The translations under genes were made by a program, and so were the position numbers. Below the pieces are notes generated by a model. It was not told the origin of the DNA. It worked only from the letters and a program-made list of their open reading frames with translations, and did no database searches. Below, piece by piece: positions 24,579 through 37,958 of a stretch of 64,000 nucleotides of DNA. The number at the start of each line of letters is the position of its first letter. The stretch's first letter is position 1. Source of the DNA: Macrostomum lignano (Eukaryota); NCBI GenBank assembly GCA_002269645.1, contig NIVC01001170.1, positions 186,001 to 250,000 of the forward strand, written 5' to 3'.

Positions 24579-27500
24579 CACAGACAGACACACAGACAGA
24601 CAGACAGACACTAAGACAGACAGGCAGACAGACAGACACTAAGACAGACAGACAGACAGACACACAGACAGACAGACACACAGACAGACCTGAATCCCAG
24701 CAGCCCGCAGGTCAGTGATGGTCTCCCTGACGCCAGTCTGCAGCTCGTCCTCAATTGCGGTAAGTCCCAAGGCCTCCAAGTCCCGCTCCACAACCCTGTA
24801 GGCTTCAACGGTGAGGGCCTCCCTGTTGGCCACGTCCTGGTTGGCTGCCAGCAGCTGGGCGGCCATCTGTTGGTACAGAGCCGGCGACAGCTCCTTGCAA
24901 GCGATCACCAGTACGCGAAGACCTTCAACGGCGAAGTCGCCGGAGTGTTTGACTACGGCGTCCCGATCGCCGTGGGAGCACTTTTCCAGCATCGAGGTCT
25001 CGGCGCCCTTTGTGAGCAGCCAGTAGGAGCCATCGGTGCAGCGCTGGAGGATCACCGACATGCACTTGCGGTCCGAGTCAAACTCGAGTACCTGTTTAAT
25101 GGCGAATAAATCAACAGAGGGTTTAACTTTGGAACCCAAAAGAGCACACAGACTCAAAGCCCACCCCAAAAGTACAGACTCAAAGCCCACCTAAAAGTGC
25201 ACACAGACTCAAAGCCCAACATAAAAGTGCACACCGACCCAAATCCCAACCCAAAGGTGCACACCAACTGCAATCACAGCCCAAAAGTGCACACCGACTC
25301 AAAGCCTCATCCAAAAGTGCACACAGACTCAAAATGCCTACCTGAAGCACACGGTACTGCTGCAAAACGAATCCGCCATGGCCGTCCGGCACAGTGACGC
25401 TGCTGACGCCGTTCTCTGTGCCATGAAATGTCACCCCGTAGTTTCTTGCCGCTTCAACGAAGGCTTTCTCGTCTGGCGAGCTCGCCTGAGAGTTGAAATG
25501 GAAACATTGCGCGAATATATAATGGTTGCTAGGCTATGTGGTTGCTAGGATATGTGGTTGCTAGACTAGTTAGTTGCTAGGCTATGTGGTTGCTAGACTA
25601 GTTAGTTGCTAGGCTATGTGGTTGCTAGGCTAGTTAGTTGCTAGGTTATGTGGTTGCTAGGCTAGTTAGTTGCTAGGCTATGTGAATGCTAGGCTAGTTA
25701 GTTTCTAGGCTAGTTAGTTGCTAGGCTATGTGAATGCTAGGCTAGTTAGTTGCTAGGCTATGTGAATGCTAGGCTATGTGGTTGCTAGGCTATGTGGTTG
25801 CTGGACTAGTTATTTGCTAGGCTATGTGAATGCTAGGCTAGTTAGTTGCTAGGCTATTTGGTTGCTAGGCTATGTGGTTGCTAGGCTATGTGGTTGCTAG
25901 ACTAGTTAGTTGCTAGGCTATGTGAATGCTAGGCTAGTTACTTGCTAGGCTATGTGAATGCTAGGCTATGTGGTTGCTAGGCTATGTGGTTGCTGGACTA
26001 GTTAGTTGCTAGGCTATGTGAATGCTAGGCTAGTTAGTTGCTAGGCTATGTGGTTGCTAGGCTATGTGGTTGCTAGGCTATGTGGTTGCTAGGCTATGTG
26101 GTTGCTAGGCTATGTGGTTGCTAGGCTATGTGGTTGCTAGACTAGTTAGTTGCTAGGCTATGTGGTTGCTGGGATATGTGATTTCTAAGCTGTGAATGCT
26201 AGGCTGTGATTGCTAGGATATATAGTTGCTACGCAAATAACGCACCTGGTAGACGTAATCAGCAGCAGTTTCCACAGAGAACACCTGCTGTTGCGGCTGC
26301 CTATCAAAGGATTTCTGGCGCTCAACTCGGACAGTGTGGCACAGCGCCAGCACGGTGAAGAACTTAAGCTCGGCCTCGTTCAACTGCTGGCACTGGTGAG
26401 TGGCTGCACCCTCTTCGGTTAGCCAGAGCTGTCCATCAACGTCGCAGTAAGTGTTGCCGTTAATTGAGCACATTCGAAATGTCATGCGGTTCTCAGTGAG
26501 GGTGCCAGTCTTATCGGAGAACAGGTATTGCACCTGGCCGAGTTCTTCATTCAAATCGGACGTGTTGGCTTTTGCCCGGAATTTTTCCCCAGTCTCCGGA
26601 TCTTCAAAGTACATTTCCAGATCGAACTCGAAGAATATTGAGCCGAGAAATTTTTGCAGCTCAATAGTCACGTACAGCGATATCGGAATTAAATAGTTGA
26701 ATAGAACTACAAAGCCTAGAAAGTCTTGGACCACTCGCCAAGGCTGCGCGCTCTCTGACGGCAGGTACCAGGCACCCGAGATGCCAGCGTCAACGCTGAC
26801 GTACACCCACTTCATCACCGTACAGAAGGCCGACTCAACCAGCAGGAACACCATGAAGCAGAGCAGGAACCGGTCCAGCCGTTTCTCCACTACCGACTTC
26901 TTAGAGCGGCCGCGCTGTGAATTTAACTGCATCTTCGTCTCCTGCGGGTGACAGGTTAAACAGCTGAGTGTGAGATTCTTAGACTCTAATTAACAGTTGA
27001 GGGTGAGATTCTTAGACTCTAATTAACAGTTGAGGGTGAGATTCTTAGACTCTAATTAACAGCTGAGTGTGAGATTCGTAGACTCTAATTAACAGTTGAG
27101 GGTGAGATTCTTAGACTCTAATTAACAGTTGAGGGTGAGATTCTTAGACTCTAATTAACAGTTGAGGGTGAGATTCTTAGACTCTAATTAACAGCTGAGT
27201 GTGAGATTCGTAGACTCTAATTAACAGTTGAGGGTGAGATTCTTAGACTCTAATTAACAGTTGAGGGTGAGATTCTTATACTCTAATTAACAGCTGAGTG
27301 TGAGATTCTTAGACTCTAATTAACAGCTGAGTGTGAGATTCTTAGACTCTAATTAACAGCTGAGTGTGAGATTCTTAGACTCTAATTAACAGCTGAGTGT
27401 GAGATTCTTAGACTCTAATTAACAGTTGAGTGTGAGATTCTTAGACTCTAATTAACAGCTGAGTGTGAGATTCTTAGACTCTAATTAACAGCTGAGTGTG

Positions 27501-29890
27501 AGATTCTTAGACTCTAATTAACAGTTGAGGGTGAGATTCTTAGACTCTTGACTTCGTTGGTAACTGGCCTTCACCCAGGCGGAGCTTCTGGACCTTCAAC
27601 AGATTGCACCAGGTGACTATGGACACCCTGATGCGAATGTCTCTAGTTTCGCTGATCAAGCCTCGACAGTGGGCAAGAATCAACTGCTGGATATCCTCGG
27701 CTAGTCTCTCAAGCATTCAGTCATCACCCCGACGCCGTCGGCACCTTCAACAGATGACTGGCGATGGCTGGCAACTTGATTCTTGTTTAAGAAGGAACGC
27801 AACAAAATTCACCCAGTGTTCTTGAAGTTTTCGTGTGCCTGCGTTGCTCCGTTCCGGCTCCCCCTCCGCGGCCGAGACCTCTCATCATCAGCCAGTGTGC
27901 ACCTTCTGTGCCTTCACGCACAACACGTCGCACAGCAAGAAGCCTCAAAAGCGCTCTCACCTGTCCCGTATAGATGGCCACGCCCTGCACAAATTCAGTA
28001 TTTCGCAGCACGGCTCCTCTGAGCAGCATGTTTTTAGCGCTAAGCGGCACCTTCTCCGGCTTCTCGCTGCGCCGTTGACGACGCAACAGCATGTTGCCCT
28101 TGAACTTGTACAGATCCGAGGTGGGGTGCTCGCAGCTGATCTTGGCCCGCAACTGGCGACAGACGGCTTCTACTGTTTGCAAGCGTTTGGTCTCTTCCAC
28201 TGAGTAGACCTGGCCAGAGTGAAATAAGATTAAATGGGTTATTAATTGGGTTGGGATCTCAGGTTGTGGAAAAGATAATTCAAGACAGAAGCTAGTTCCA
28301 GCTTTAAATAGTTCCAGTATCAAATAGTTCCAGCTTTAAATAGTTCCAGCTTTAAATAGTTCCACCTTTAAATAGTTCCAGCTTTAAATAGTTCCACCTT
28401 TAAATAGTTCCAGCTTTAAATAGTTCCACCTTTAAATAGTTCCACCTTTAAATAGTTCCAGCTTTAAATAGTTCCAGCTTTAAATAGTTCCAGCTTTAAA
28501 TAGTTCCACCTTTAAATAGTTCCACCTTTAAATAGTTCCAGCTTTAAATAGTTCCAGCTTCTAGATAATTCCCAATCATTTAGATAATTCCCAATCAGTT
28601 AGATAATCATTATCCTTTAGTTTAGATAATTCCAAATCCGTTAGATAATCCTTAATCCTTAAGTTTAGATAATTCCAAATCAGTTAGATAATCCTTAATC
28701 CTTAAGTTTAGATAATTCCAAATCAGTTAGATAATCCTTAATCCTTTAGGTTTGATAACTCCCAATCCGTTAGATAATTCCTAATCAGTTAGATATTCCT
28801 TAATCCTTTAGGTTAGATAATCTATAATCCTTCAGATAATCCCCAATCCTTCTTTCCCGATTTAGAAGGGTTAGAACGAAGGATTATCACCGTCTTCAAG
28901 TTGGTCTCGCCGTCCAGATTAGCCGTGGTGATGCTGCACTCGCCGGACTCTTCGCTGGACGCCAGCAGGATGAGATCGCAGGGGAAGCTCTCGTTCTTGT
29001 GCACCCGAACAACGTCACCAACTCGAATCTCGTGCGCCTTAATCCGGGCCATCGAGTCGCCGGAAATGACGTGTACCGGCGTATTGTTGACCCGATCGTC
29101 GGCTCGGTGCCTTAGAAAGTCCTCGTAGGCCTGCTTGACCGCGGTGACGCCCAGCACGAATACCAGCGGAATGATGGACGTGGCCGGGCTCACCTGCAGA
29201 CAACAGGGATGAGAAATGCCGGGAAAAATTAGATACGCCATGAAAACTAAGAGTACATTAATTTAGATACTTAAAGTGCAAACGATATACTGAGAGTACA
29301 GGTGAGATACTGAGAGTACAGGTGAGATACTGAGAGTACCGGTGAAACACTAAGAGTACAGGTGAGATACTGAGAATACAAGTGAAATACTAAGAGTACA
29401 GACGAGATACTGAGAGTACAGATGAGATACTGAGAGTAAAGGTGAGACACTAAGAGTACATGTGAAATACTAAGAGTACAGGTGAGATACTAAGAGTACA
29501 GGTGAGATACTGAGATTACAGGCGAGATACTGATAGTACAGGTGAGATACTGAGATTACAGGTGAGATACTGAGAGTACAGGTGAGATACTGAGAGTACA
29601 GGTGAGATACTGAGAGTACTCACTGGCGTATCAATAACCAACTGCAGAACTGCTACAATCAAAAAATAGAAATTTGCCACTCGAGTGAACTGTTCCAACA
29701 GATTCTTCACGGGAAACGACAGTATTGTATAGCGCGACGTGATAATTCGATTTGAGGGATATTTCTCCTCAATCAACGGTTGATCTCTAGACGAGCCCAG
29801 CGGCTTGTGATTCACGTAGATGGTTCGAAACTCACTCACGACGGGCCGCTTGAGGCCCGAAAATGTAAGCAGCTTCTCAAAGCAACCCAT
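12051..29890 (-). CDS. ATP11: P4-type ATPase phospholipid flippase, ATP11-like, 10 exons
   Basis: Exons 29890-29624, 29193-28891, 28209-27961, 26941-26246, 25485-25342, 25091-24690, 24244-23900, 23134-22586, 15171-14794, 12296-12051; all GT-AG and phase 0, about 1192 aa. Motifs: NLDGETNLK, LIPISLYVTIE, FSDKTGTLTEN, ASSPDEKAFV, LEFDSDRKCMSV, TGDKRETA, CCRCTPLQKA, AIGDGANDVSMI. The last exon assignment is the least certain. Confidence 0.92.
13685..14130. repeat. Intronic 26-bp minisatellite (GACACGAGAGACACCAGGGGGATCTA)
   Basis: Direct reading. Confidence 0.93.
14279..14616. mobile_element. MITE-like element with long imperfect terminal inverted repeats
   Basis: ATGGGCCACTCAG(G)CACAT and CTACTTTCAGTTCAGTAG blocks are mirrored at both ends; TSD ambiguous. 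Confidence 0.55.
16592..16738 (+). ncRNA. Predicted HDV-like self-cleaving ribozyme in the retrotransposon 5' UTR
   Basis: P1 GCTCAC 16592-97 / GTGGGT 16686-91 (G1-U wobble). P2 CGAA 16669-72 / TTCG 16727-30, extended by GGCGC/GCGCC. P3 GGG/CCC around L3 TACTCGT. P1.1 AC/GT. P4 GGCAGG..CCTGCC. J4/2 C16723-TGA. Folded by eye. Confidence 0.72.
16967..18433 (+). CDS. Retrotransposon ORF1 (gag-like; central domain reminiscent of the DUF4780-type ORF1 domain; no CCHC knuckle seen)
   Basis: The ORF is open from 16847; the first ATG is at 16967 (MASNRSNKP). Basic low-complexity ends flank a globular core (KRHRIWVPAR...FINVGLWKLRI). A likely original acidic C-terminus lies in the -1 frame and ends at 18486. 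Confidence 0.8.
   Translation: MASNRSNKPAVDDTVPPASAGAVDSSAIPPATIGDASARPVEPTLSGASEKTPATPAAKKRSTTSGAARRRLNKARRAKEGGSQTGARGQRPAAAEASQSGAVAEEGLEPTEAPAQDREADAAGRVDSPPEESSTDPRASYADAAKRQPAVVILGKDARLSPDQLKQVRSAVDGLLWKQTLKGTPLNIHSNATRDSCLLIWPSDADSGRRLLELLPEQSWDLNLAFCREDERPRTKRHRIWVPARSVVTSADELRKGLLAVNRELPAAGLVVHDTLKRTDGTGFTAILGLSDAWMRRYPHGSFINVGLWKLRIRSYEADPPRGSEQGGRDAEAAGAEAQASAQTAKANRPARQHGRAGKAERAAEGGGDRRPARSTKRRGLYQRAAEAVRTAKISQLRREVAGTPRRTSSSREGGDVPAGPNPSGQGRLETDPPAQAAGCSRALGQSEAEDPMDGGQRAANAAYCLPPIGGLLLKKSPWTPATPTRSR
18483..22187 (+). CDS. Retrotransposon ORF2 polyprotein: AP endonuclease, reverse transcriptase, RNase H, Zn finger
   Basis: Uninterrupted 1234 aa. APE: VFVQEPW, IAGDVNAH, PTFNN, SDHRFI. 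RT: FRPISLTS, LFLDIEGAFDNV, GGPQGGVLTP, YADD. RNase H: YTDGS, HSDSQAA, WIPGHAGFLGNERAD. C-terminal CPFC..E..EHFICHC. Confidence 0.97.
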   Translation: MMPATTWCLQINTQHCVAASVNLMRTAEQQLPGLVFVQEPWMTKGKPNNVPSGYHCFCMAGSQPRPRSLVFAAKAFEAWMRPDLSTGDICVVQINNLIPNKPVLVASAYFPGDAPVVCDALVNLTDYAASHRFELLIAGDVNAHHLHWGSKNINSRGEELLAYVSSTNLNFCNVGNAPTFNNGRWAEVIDTTIASPGLLSAVTGWRVWDEDSLSDHRFIRFCIGPTKQKPKVTWSRNVRNTDWAAFGSKLSRGLRDLDPPSDLSDCQVVDDLASSLGGAITTAFEAACPLKAYKGKKSAPWWNPELGALRRRARTLQRRALKTKDPSDREAYTRAIHEFKGQVRRAKTAKWRQYCEGLEGSRPVARVVKALTNDRFSKLSVVKRPDGSVTESSEETLELMLNSFFPKSPTQQGPPDHTVGRQGLAKSMITKDRIIRAARSFNPFKAPGPDGIYPAFLHEAVKNHRFLDLLCRLLRACMELGYVPVAWREARVVFIPKPGKSDYQSVKAFRPISLTSFCLKLLERLVLWRLLSVELKRFPLSQNQHAFRAGRSTESALHVIVDFLERAVLGSGFALSLFLDIEGAFDNVIFEAFCRALESRATHPHLVRWIMFMIRNRTVVAHLSGSSLSVPVLKGGPQGGVLTPVLWNMVMDELLCSDLHDPILKVGYADDVTAICAGPSVDTIRDLLQGFLGRAERWADQCGLRLSESKTTAVMFTNKLLWTIKPLTLYGKNISMEKQVRCLGLTLDHRLNWTPHIQTKAKKALAVLAQIRRAVGTTWGLTPRKLWWIYTAIIRPSISYASLVWASGLSVKSNLDALYKIQGRACRMTMGAPPSTPFEGMNAFLCAPPLDIYIKGEAAKSTRRLLDAGVAFKKVRAFKKRSLIPHSDLCLKALEECGGLNILTDSIPATLLLSQRYKVTIQPRHEASDSWSDSEVHCYTDGSMRHGLSGFGACVFFKGEVVWSYSQHTGLNSSVFQSEVLAISSCAAELRRRQLSGRKFIFHSDSQAALRALCRSTASSRSVLDCNTQLNGLALGNQVELRWIPGHAGFLGNERADLLAKAGSAGALLGPGPGAPIPASVINSRVKRWADSEHLRRWHDTRNCRQSRAAVPCPSPLLRRALLRLNRRDLRAVSMALSGHGCFSRHRFLQGQVPEERCPFCRSGSENAEHFICHCPVFTRARLTHLGPNPVLSDVCRPESIPLLARYLRDTGRADFFPTVGEEDRAAGETDGSP
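23400..23660. repeat. Intronic 40-bp minisatellite (GTGACC-rich)
   Basis: Period of 40 read directly. Confidence 0.88.
24278..24689. repeat. Intronic (GACA)n microsatellite
   Basis: Begins at the donor GT of intron 6. Confidence 0.95.
25525..26225. repeat. Intronic 16-bp minisatellite (GTTGCTAGGCTATGTG / GTTGCTAGGCTAGTTA)
   Basis: Two interleaved unit types. Confidence 0.92.
26965..27545. repeat. Intronic 33-bp minisatellite
   Basis: TGAGATTCTTAGACTCTAATTAACAGTTGAGGG units. Confidence 0.95.
28300..28860. repeat. Intronic 16-bp array (TTTAAATAGTTCCAGC) followed by a degenerate TTAGATAATCC array
   Basis: Direct reading. Confidence 0.88.
29285..29620. repeat. Intronic 20-bp minisatellite (GAGATACTGAGAGTACAGGT)
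   Basis: Direct reading. Confidence 0.92.
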
Positions 29891-30959
29891 GATGACTGTT
29901 GACTGGTTCTTGAAACGATCTTTTTAAACAATTGATTATATCTATGCCAACAGGCTACTAACTAGAGGCCAGACTAGTAGTAGTTTATGGACAATTTTTG
30001 TAGCCTGAAACAAATTTAGTGCATTATTTATTTTGTTTTAGTTAACTAAAAATTTTATTAACAACACGCAATTCAGATTTGAGGTCTTTAGGCATATACA
30101 TGTCCAACACCCATGGCGAGAGGTCTGGCCAATGTAAGTCGCAAAAAGCCCACCCGGAAAAATAGACATAAAAATAATTAGATGACAAGGCATTTAGCCT
30201 GAATATTAAATTTATAGTTACTCTTGCCGTTTACCCAAAAATAGGTATGTCGCATTCATACACACGCTCACACAGCGGTTCTGACTTTCCCAAGAGTCAG
30301 AGTGAGCTGCTCTGCTGAGAATAGAATAGATCGAGCTACCTAATCCTCAATAAAATAATAACAATATACGTAAGTAAACATCTACCCAGACGTCTGTTAA
30401 TCCTCTACCAACCGGCTCAGCTGAATTTAATCCTAAGATCAAAGGAAAAGACAGAACAGCAGCAGCTATATAATAAAAGTACAATTGTCGTCCGACTCGG
30501 CTTGACAAGACGCGGGTCAGCTCAGTGGTCTGATTTGCAAATTATAGTTTCCCTGTCCCCATGTTTGCTCAGCTGTCGGGCATTTATTTCCTTTAATTTA
30601 CGCATAGAGAGCTCCTGCGCAGTTATGGAATTTGGCCAACTGCGCGCAAGAGATTTGTATTTAAAGAAAGAGAAAGAAAGCAGACACGGAAAAAATTGGC
30701 GCTGTGGGTGGGGTCGGGCGGGAACTCCAATCTCGGTGCGGCAGAGCAGTGACGCACGCAATTGACGAATGTGCAATCTTAATCGGAAACCTGACTGGTA
30801 CAGCTACACTAACGTTAGTTAACAGAGTCGAGTAGAATCGCTATACTCGTGGTGTATTAAAATACCTTCGATCAAGATAAGAAATGAACATTATTGACAC
30901 ATGCGCAGTTTATCGAATTGAAAGAAAAATTATTCGGACACAAACTCTTGGTTAGTAGC

Positions 30960-31160
30960 TGTTCAGCCCAAGGACTGGGGAATCGCCACACCCACCCTCA
31001 ATTACCCCAGCTAATGCTGGCACCCATTTTACAGCTGGGTGAACTGAAGCAATGCAGAGTTGAGTGTCTGCTCAAGGACACAAACTTTTGCAGTAGGACC
31101 GGGATCGAACCCCCGACGCTCAAGTCGTGAGTCAAACACTCTAAACACTAGGCTAAAACC
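30960..31160 (-). mobile_element. tRNA-derived SINE
   Basis: On the minus strand: A box TAGCCTAGTG, B box GGTTCGATCCC (31111-31101), body CCTTGAGCAGACA.. and CTGTAAAATGGG (CORE-like). Homologous to 55490-55778. Confidence 0.75.
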
Positions 31161-32400
31161 TCTCCCTAGGCTACAACCCTCTCCATAGGCTACAACCCTC
31201 TCCCTAGGCTTCAACCCTCACTAGGCTACAACCCTCACTAGGCTAAAACCCTCCCCTAGGCTAAAACCCTCTCCCTAGGCTTCAACCCTCACTAGGCTAC
31301 AACCCTCACTAGGCTAAAACCCTCCCCTAGGCTAAAACCCTCTCCCTAGGCTACAACCCTCTCCCTAGGCTACAACCCTCACTAGGCTACAACCCTCACT
31401 AGGCTACAACCCTCTCCCTAGGCTACAACCCTCTCCCTAGGCTAAAACCCTCTCCCTAGGCTACAACCCTCACTAGGCTACAACCCTCACTAGGCTACAA
31501 CCCTCTCCCTAGGCTACAACCCTCTCCCTAGGCTACAACCCTCTCCCTAGGCTACAACCCTCTCCCTAGGCTACAACCCTCACTAGGCTACAACCCTCAC
31601 TAGGCTACAACCCTCACTAGGCTACAACCCTCTCCCTAGGCTACAACCCTCTCCCTAGGCTACAACCCTCTCCCTAGGCTACAACCCTCTCCCTAGGCTA
31701 CAACCCTCACTAGGCTACAACCCTCACTAGGCTACAACCCTCACTAGGCTAAAACCCTCTCCCTAGGCTACAACCCTCTCCATAGGCTACAACCCTCTCC
31801 CTAGGCTACAACCCTCACTAGGCTACAACCCTCACTAGGCTACAACCCTCACTAGGCTAAAACCCTCTCCCTAGGCTACAACCCTCTCCCTAGGCTACAA
31901 CCCTCACTAGGCTACAACCCTCACTAGGCTAAAACCCTCCCCTAGGCTACAACCCTCTCCCTAGGCTAAAACCCTCTCCCTAGGCTAAAACCCTCTTCCT
32001 AGGCTTACAACCCTCTCCCTAGGCTACAACCCTCTCCCTAGGCTACAACCCTCTCCCTAGGCTAAAATCCTCTCCCTAGGCTACAACCCTCTCCCTAGGC
32101 TTACAACCCTCTCCCTAGGCTACAACCCTCTCCCTAGGCTACAACCCTCTCCCTAGGCTTACAACCCTCTCCCTAGGCTACAACCCTCTCCCTAGGCTAC
32201 AACCCTCTCCCTAGGCTAAAACCCTCTCCCTGGGCTACAACCCTCTCCCTAGGCTTACAACCCTCTCCCTAGGCTACAACCCTCTCCCTGGGCTACAACC
32301 CTCTCCCTAGGCTACAACCCTCTCCCTGGGCTACAACCCTCTCCCTAGGCTTACAACCCTCTCCCTAGGCTACAACCCTCTCCCTAGGCTTACAACCTAC
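31145..32400. repeat. 17/19-bp minisatellite (GGCTACAACCCTCACTA / GGCTACAACCCTCTCCCTA) continuous with the SINE head
   Basis: About 65 units; the 17-bp unit equals the reverse complement of the SINE 5' end and A box. Confidence 0.93.
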
Positions 32401-34851
32401 AACCTCATGCATATTAATGCAAGCAAATTAAAAATATATATGAGAAATACTATAATAATTGAATGTCTAATTGATAAAAAATAATTATAGTTTTACCAAA
32501 AAAATAAATTGAGAAATTAACATGCTAAGATGCCAAGTCTTATAGGGAAGGGAAATTGCTGAGATACCAAAGATCAAAAGGATATGCTGATATCTTGGGC
32601 TAAAAAACTAGATTGCTGATTCATTCTTTTTTTAATTAAAATACTATAATATCTTCTAAGAAACTAAAAAAAGTAATAATAAAATGTTATTTACTTAAAG
32701 TCTCCTTTTTTCAAATATTTTTTCTGCCTCCCCAATGGGACATAAGATTGCTATTTAAATTGATAAAAACATATATTCAGAGTTCTCGATTTATTAAATA
32801 AAGGAAACTAATAAAGTAAAATTATAATGGAAATATTTATGTAGGCAATAATAATTTTATAAAGTATTATTTATACATTAAAAAGATATATATGAACATA
32901 AGCTTAAGGTGTGACAAAGAACCAAAGATAAATATAGCATTATTATTTGCAAGTGATTATTTGCCAATTTATTATATGTTAATTAATATTGGTGATTAAA
33001 ACAAGCTAAATTAAAAATCATTATGCAAATAACATAAATATATACAGTAGAAAGTACAGTAAAATATAAATACAATACAAATACTATAATACAAATATAG
33101 CAGATATAAAGTAAATACAAAATTGTGTACTTTTAAATTAGATATGCAGATATATTACAAAGTATCAAATGAATGCCTGGCCCTAGGTCCATACATGTGC
33201 AACCTCCAAAATTCGGTTGGCCATGTGACTTAGTTTTAACAAAAATGCAACGTAGTTTTTTGGGCAAAAATGCAACTTACATGTAAAAAAACTCTAAAGC
33301 AAAATTAATGCAACTTTGGGTAAACAGCAGGAGTAACTATAACAGTCTTATTAAGTCAAAATGCCTCATCAGCTACTTAGTGCTACTACTTGGGTATTTT
33401 TTTGGGTGGGAATTTTTTGCAACTTCCTTGGTTGGCTGCCAAATTGGTCAGCTGGATTGGCCAACTTGGCCGACTGTTGCGAATGTGTGCCTAGGTCTAT
33501 ACTTTATTAGCATAAAGAACTTAGGCTAAGAATATTATGATATATAAGAGAAATCATTTAAAGTCCAAACTATTATTACTAAGCTGATTGCAACAAAAAC
33601 AAAAAGTAAAAAGTTTTTATCTTTTAAAAAAAAGGTTGGACAATATTAACATTTTTGGAATACTAGTATTCTAATTTATTAAGTTTTTATATTTTGCAAT
33701 TTATTTAAATTACTAAACCAGAAACATTTAGAACAATTAAGCATATTATAATAATACAACTTGGATACATAATAGATTTCTGCCATAGCTATAGATTCTA
33801 ACATTTCTTTCCTTTCATAGAAGAAATGTCATGTCAAGTTAACATGAGGAGAAGGTATATCTTTGTTATAAATATAATATACCAACAATAGTATAAGTAT
33901 AGTTTTATTCATTAAATTAAAATCTTCAATGGCAGGTTGTTGATGGCAAAAAATGATGCTAGGGGAGAATAGAAAAGCTATAGACAAGGCTGACTAAGGC
34001 AATAAACTCAGAGCTAATTCTCACTTAATTTCAAAGATAATGGCACCTTCCTATGCAGTTAAACCAATAGCAAATCTACTAATCCACTTAGTCAACTGCC
34101 TTAGCTATCACAAAACAAGGCTTAGGCCCTACTCTAGCTAGATATCAATCTTTAATAGGCTAAAGCTGCTATAAGTTAAAACCAATGCAAATGACATTAT
34201 TTTTGCATAATCATAGATAGTCCTAAACTAAATAAAGGCATTATGCAATTGGCAGTTATTATTGTTATAGTGACTATATAAATAACAAAATGGTTATTCT
34301 TATGGTTAACGCATAAGAGTAAGACACTATCTGGGCCTATGGTCTTTACTTAATGTAACTGTATGAATAGCAAAACTCTTATTTTTTTGGTGACTGTAGG
34401 TAGGAAGCAGAATGGCTATTTTTATGGTCATATAGAAGAAATTTCAGTTAAATTAAAATGTAAATAGTAATAGTTAGCAATTACCTTAAGTAAGCTACTA
34501 TGACAAGAACTACTATTGTATTTATTAATGACACATTTCTTTTTTTAATTTAACCATCATAGTATTTGCACAGCAAGTTTGTCACTTCATTTAGATGGTA
34601 TTTGTTTGTGTTAACCATAAATATAACCCTCTTGGCCTCTTGCTATTTAAATGGTCACCATAAAAATAACAACTGCCTATGCAATTATTATCACACAATT
34701 TACACAAACATTTTACCTCTATTTAGAATAATTAAATACAGCCTAGTATGTAAATTTCATGGTGGGTAGGGGTTGTAGCTTATCTTTATTCTTATTGAGA
34801 AATATTTTTCACTTGTATTAAATTAAGACAACTGTTTACAGTCAGTGGCGA

Positions 34852-35022
34852 CTGTGGCGGATCTAGGGGGGGGGGGGGGGCGCCGGCTCCTGCTGTGGCT
34901 GGACTTGAATATGAAGGAGGATTATTGTATTTTTGGGCTTTTTTAATGCTTATTTTGGGCTAACCCAAACATTTGGGCCAATTCACCCCCCCTCCACTTT
35001 AAAAATCCTGGATCCGCCACTG
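34852..35022. mobile_element. MITE-like element, TIR CWGTGGCGGATCYAG
   Basis: CTGTGGCGGATCTAG at 34852-66 vs CTGGATCCGCCACTG at 35008-22 (13/15 inverted match). Confidence 0.55.
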
Positions 35023-35842
35023 TTCACAGCAAAGAAAAGCTACAAGGTAGGCATGAAATTAAAGTTTAAAACGATTAAAAGACTAAGAAACCTACAAACT
35101 GAGGAACTGAAAGGTACTTTACACAGTAACAACAATGGAAAAAAATTCAAAAAATTGAATGAAACTAAAATAAATTAAAAATTGAATGGGCGGAACTGTT
35201 TCCTCGAAACGGAAACTAAAATATGCAAATAATTTTAATAATCGCACTGAGTAAAACTAAGTTAGGGATTTTTAGCTTTTTTCAGATTTATACCTAATTT
35301 ACTGCTACTTTTCTGTATTGAAGAACATTATTAAAACATTATTATTAGCTAAAACCTAAATTCAGATATTTTTATGTGTGTTTAAACATTGTTCGCACAA
35401 ATTTGACGTCTAATTATCTGACAAAAATTAAAATATGAGATCCGGCATCCGGCTGAGGGAGAATGGCTAATGACTAGACTACAAAAGTTTCTTGCGGAAA
35501 ACACGAACAAATAATATAATTTAAAACGCATAGAGCTTAAAGTTTATTCTAAATACAGTACATTTTTTCTTTGTCTCGCGCTCGAATGAGGTGATAATTA
35601 AATTCTTCTGTAACAATCACTACTGTACTGGTATAAATATCGTTTTAGTTATTTTTATATCATTGTTTTAATATTGGAGTTTTAGAAAATACTTTATTAT
35701 AAGTGAAGAAGTGTGTAAGCTTTATTTTATTGAATATTTCTTATGGGTTTTAGTAAAGACAAGTTCCTACTCTTAGCCTAGGCTGGTTAGTGAGAATGAG
35801 AATCACTAGATAATTTATATAATTCTGTTAGATTTCTGCTTT

Positions 35843-37958
<2,116 letters not shown>

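Noticed and set aside
31145-32400. Interstitial telomere
   Set aside because: The units are 17/19 bp and SINE-derived, not (TTAGGG)n.
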